Source: Victivallales bacterium | GTDB lineage: Bacteria; Verrucomicrobiota; Lentisphaeria; Victivallales; UBA1829 | Reading direction: 5' to 3' | Assembly (NCBI GenBank): GCA_045612485.1 | Contig: JAZKZE010000121.1 | Span: 7,337-71,336, forward strand | DNA length: 64,000 nucleotides | In this document: positions 60,854 through 64,000 of the stretch, in pieces | How the letters are laid out: every line of letters starts with the position of its first letter | Position numbering within the stretch: the first letter of the stretch is position 1 | Notes under the pieces: model-generated | Told to the model about the DNA's origin: nothing | The model's database searches: none | What the model saw: the letters and a program-made list of their open reading frames with translations, nothing else | Translations under genes and position numbers: made by a program

Positions 60854-63800
60854 AAAAAATCTTTTCACCGGATTTTTCCGCTTTCTGATCTCTCTTTTCC
60901 AATCCGGGGAAACCGGAAAAAAAGTGATCATTGACCGGTCAAAAATGCGGAAAAGGGAAAGCGGCAGCAAAGTACACTTTCTTTACGTTCTTCTTTTTAT
61001 CTGCGGGATACTTGCCTCATTGTGGCAGCATGGAGATCCCCGGTTCACCCTCGGCATCCTTTGTGCAGTGATCCCATTTGCCTTTTTCCTCTTTGTCCCG
61101 TACAGGTTCGCCGATACGATGACAAGGCAGCTTATTTCCGCCGGGATCTTTTTCGGAGCCTGTTTTTATGCCGTTTACCGTATAAATAAACACATTCCCT
61201 TTGATCTTGTACTTGTGGAAAGTCTGATCTTATGTTCCTTTACATTCCTGATCAACTGCACAAAAAAAGACTACCGCTACCTCTTTTTCAACAGCCTTTT
61301 CCTGCTGATCTACGGAGGGCTTGTTCCAAGAAAACTCATGCTGTATATTATTCCGGCGGCCTTTTTCCTGCTTCTTGTGATCCTTCTTTGGGAAAGAGAA
61401 GAAAGTATTGCAGGGGAAGGGGAGGTCGTATTTCAGAAATACCAGAGTCCTGTACGGGGTATATTCCGCACCTGGCACATCCGTTTTTTTCATATTTTAC
61501 TGGCACTTCCCGTTTTTCTCTACATTTTCAGTCTGATTCCCCTGTATGAGACAGGAAGTGAAGGTTTTTTTGAAGTATCTTTTATGACGGAACGTACTTC
61601 CATGTTGCCGCCGGATCTGCAAAAATGGCTGAACAGGAATAAAAAGTTTGCAAAATCCCCGGACGGGGAAACAACCATTAAGAGTGATACTCCCGATACA
61701 CACGGCAAAGAAGGTCCCAGAACCGATACGCCCACACAGAAAGGGGCTGTTGACGGTAACGGCAAAGGCGGCGGAACTCCCGGAAAGGATCTTCTTTTTA
61801 CGGCAGTACTTCCTGTAAAACTTTACCATCTGGGAGCCTTGTATGATGTTTATGACGGTACAAAATGGTCCTCCTCCAAAGAGATGAAAGAGGCTAAAAT
61901 ACGGGAAAATTCACTGAAAAACTATGTAAGGATCTTCCCGGTCAAGGGAAAATACGTTCTTCATAAATGGAATTCCCGTACTCTGCCCACCCCGTTCCGT
62001 GTGACGGATATAGATCTTTACAATATGGCAGGGGGCAATTATTCCATCAGGGAAAGGCTCAGACTTTTCCGGCTGGATCATACCTCCTATTCCGCCATGA
62101 TCCCGGAAAAAACAGATTTACCGAAACTTCCTTTCCAATATACCAGTACCTCCAATCTGGCGATCCCACTTTCCATAGAGGAAAGAAATGAAAAAAAAGA
62201 GCAGAAGAAAGATGGCGGCCCAAAGTCCCCTTCCCTTACGGTAAAAGCATACGCTTCCGTCCGGGAGATCTTTACAGAAGATTTTCTGGAAGAACAGGAA
62301 AGGAAAGCCAGGAAAAAAACTTCTGCCCCGGTAAAAAAGAAAGAACAACCCCGGGTGAAGAAAAAACAGGCCGTTTCTGCCGTACCGGCAAGACGGAAAA
62401 CGGCAATAGTATTGCGTCATGAACCATCCATCGGCAGCAAAGCTGCTGTTACAGAAAAGGATCACCCTCTCCGTTTTTCTGCAAGAATACTGGAAAAAGA
62501 TCCCTACAGAATACAGAGAGCAAAAATCTCGGCAATGGAAGATATGCCGCCTGTGAAAAAAGGTTATTTCTCCCGGAGGCACGATCATTCGTGGCAGGAA
62601 CTTGTACCTAAAACGCATTATCTGCAATTACCGCATACCCTTTCCACACGGGTTTCCGGTCTTGCCGGGATCATTACAAAGGATGCGGAGACCCCTTATC
62701 AGAAAGCAGTCGCTTTACGGGATCATCTGCGGAAAAATTACAAATATAAATTACATGCAGTAAAAACCCCGGAAGGAAAGGAAAGTACGGAATATTTCCT
62801 TTTTGAACTTAAAGAAGGACACTGTGAATATTTTGCGGCAGCACTGACCGTTCTTGCCCGTTCAGTGGGTCTTCCGGCAAGAGTGGCAACAGGCTTTTCA
62901 CCAGGAAATTTCAATGCACTTACCAAACAGTTTGAAGTATATGAATATCATGCCCACGCATGGAGCCAGATCTATATTGCCAATGTGGGCTGGCTTACTT
63001 TTGATGCCGTTCCCCCGGGGGAAGTTATTTCAGAAACCTCTCCGGCAGGTCTGGGACTTCTGCGGGATCCATTCGGGGAAGAGTGGAAGATCACACCGCC
63101 GGAACTTACAAGCACCACTCTGGGTTATATCCGCAGTACCCTTCTTAAAGAGGCTCTGCAGCAGAGATCGGAAGAGTTGAACAATACAGTCAGAAAGATG
63201 CTGGAAAATGATAAGAATTTGAAAAATGAAGGAAAAAAACAGAAGGCAAAAGCAAAAGTCAAAGCAAAAAACACAAAGAATACTGTACAGAACCGTCAGA
63301 CAAATGTACGGGAAAGACTGAAGAACTTTTTCCGGTATTATCTGGGCAGAAATGCTGAAAAACTCTTTGCTGTTTTTAACAGCAGAAAAGCTCCTTATAC
63401 CGGAATGGCATTTCTTATTTTTGCCGGCAGCTGTTTCTTCCTCTGTAAAAATCTGTTCCATTTATTCAGACTTCTGATGATCCGCCGTAAATTCAATTTT
63501 CTCATCCGTTCAGCGGCAAAAGAAAAGGAAAATGCACCGGAAAAAAGTATTCTTTGTCTTTACCGTGCCTTGCGGCTGCTTCTGTTCCTTGCCGGAATGG
63601 AACGGAAAAATAATCAGGAATTGCTTGCGTATGCCGGGGAAACCGGAAAAATGTTTACGGAAGCATGGAAAAAGAAATGGACCTCCCCGGATGAAAAAGA
63701 GTGGGAAAAGATCATGGAAAAAGGAAAAGAGTTTTCCGGAGATATATACAGCATCTTTTCCGCATTTTACTCTCTGGAGTACGGTAATTCCCCTGTAACA

Positions 63801-63923
63801 GCCCGGGATGCCGTCTTCCTTTACGCAAAAGCGGAAAATATCTATACTTTACTGCGGGAACTGTATTCTGAAGGTTTCTTCTTTCCGGAAAAATTCTTCT
63901 TCACAGATCCCTTTTCCCGGTAA
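60840..63923 (+). CDS. Transglutaminase-like (Cys-His-Asp) polytopic membrane protein, about 1028 aa
   Basis: N-terminal multi-TM region. TGase core: EGHCEYFA (Cys codon 62823-62825), YHAHAW (His codon 62955-62957) and TFDAVP (Asp codon 63003-63005). A further TM helix and helical C-terminal domain follow. The ATG at 60840 overlaps the DUF58 gene end by 14 nt; the alternative ATG is 60813. Confidence 0.88.
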   Translation: MKNSEKNLFTGFFRFLISLFQSGETGKKVIIDRSKMRKRESGSKVHFLYVLLFICGILASLWQHGDPRFTLGILCAVIPFAFFLFVPYRFADTMTRQLISAGIFFGACFYAVYRINKHIPFDLVLVESLILCSFTFLINCTKKDYRYLFFNSLFLLIYGGLVPRKLMLYIIPAAFFLLLVILLWEREESIAGEGEVVFQKYQSPVRGIFRTWHIRFFHILLALPVFLYIFSLIPLYETGSEGFFEVSFMTERTSMLPPDLQKWLNRNKKFAKSPDGETTIKSDTPDTHGKEGPRTDTPTQKGAVDGNGKGGGTPGKDLLFTAVLPVKLYHLGALYDVYDGTKWSSSKEMKEAKIRENSLKNYVRIFPVKGKYVLHKWNSRTLPTPFRVTDIDLYNMAGGNYSIRERLRLFRLDHTSYSAMIPEKTDLPKLPFQYTSTSNLAIPLSIEERNEKKEQKKDGGPKSPSLTVKAYASVREIFTEDFLEEQERKARKKTSAPVKKKEQPRVKKKQAVSAVPARRKTAIVLRHEPSIGSKAAVTEKDHPLRFSARILEKDPYRIQRAKISAMEDMPPVKKGYFSRRHDHSWQELVPKTHYLQLPHTLSTRVSGLAGIITKDAETPYQKAVALRDHLRKNYKYKLHAVKTPEGKESTEYFLFELKEGHCEYFAAALTVLARSVGLPARVATGFSPGNFNALTKQFEVYEYHAHAWSQIYIANVGWLTFDAVPPGEVISETSPAGLGLLRDPFGEEWKITPPELTSTTLGYIRSTLLKEALQQRSEELNNTVRKMLENDKNLKNEGKKQKAKAKVKAKNTKNTVQNRQTNVRERLKNFFRYYLGRNAEKLFAVFNSRKAPYTGMAFLIFAGSCFFLCKNLFHLFRLLMIRRKFNFLIRSAAKEKENAPEKSILCLYRALRLLLFLAGMERKNNQELLAYAGETGKMFTEAWKKKWTSPDEKEWEKIMEKGKEFSGDIYSIFSAFYSLEYGNSPVTARDAVFLYAKAENIYTLLRELYSEGFFFPEKFFFTDPFSR

Positions 63924-64000
63924 GAAAAGGTTTACAGGTCAAAAAGAGAGGGCTGCCAGGTCTGTTCCCCGCTGTCACTTTCCTTCCCCTTCTTCACATT

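Noticed and set aside
63932-64000. Minus-strand frame open to the window edge, ending ...NVKKGKESDSGEQTWQPSLFDL-stop. The QPSLF sequence resembles a beta-clamp-binding pentapeptide (QL[SD]LF).
   Set aside because: Only 22 codons are visible. That is far too short to call a gene or a motif, so it is noted only as a hint that a convergent gene, possibly a clamp-binding DNA-metabolism protein, ends here.

Overview
This is a bacterial chromosomal window, densely coded and mostly core genome. I call about 57 CDS, one frameshifted pseudogene and 3 tRNAs. I found no rRNA, CRISPR array, transposase or integrase. The centre (15.8-36.0 kb, minus strand) is one uninterrupted translation/transcription supercluster: tRNA-Leu, tRNA-Thr, tuf, rpmG, tRNA-Trp, secE, nusG, rplKAJL, rpoBC, rpsLG, fusA, rpsJ, rplCDWB, rpsS. 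It ends at an intrinsic terminator straight after rpsS. The left flank (1-15.8 kb) holds housekeeping genes (ftsH, mnmA, manA-like, argS, tadA) mixed with small accessory genes: a membrane-anchored FHA protein, a DUF815-like AAA+ protein with a long novel N-terminus, DeoR and XRE regulators, an SGNH hydrolase, a Gfo/Idh/MocA oxidoreductase and a nitroreductase. The right flank (36-64 kb) carries the least ordinary content. It includes a radical-SAM/TIM-barrel/MFS operon whose MFS gene is broken at an A7 tract, and a 793-aa EF-hand membrane protein between a GT4 transferase and ychF/murJ. It also holds a translationally coupled pair of a 2-TM LemA-like protein and a 590-aa membrane protein, and an ECF sigma/anti-sigma/periplasmic-protein operon. 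My best candidate for an undescribed system is a four-gene operon: an orphan PilT-type ATPase, an FHA-fused MoxR AAA+ ATPase, a DUF58 protein and a roughly 1030-aa transglutaminase membrane protein. All functional calls come from motif recognition in the supplied translations or my own translations; no database search was possible. The many very long ORFs opposite real genes are codon-aligned antisense shadows caused by near-absence of TTA/CTA/TCA sense codons, not genes.
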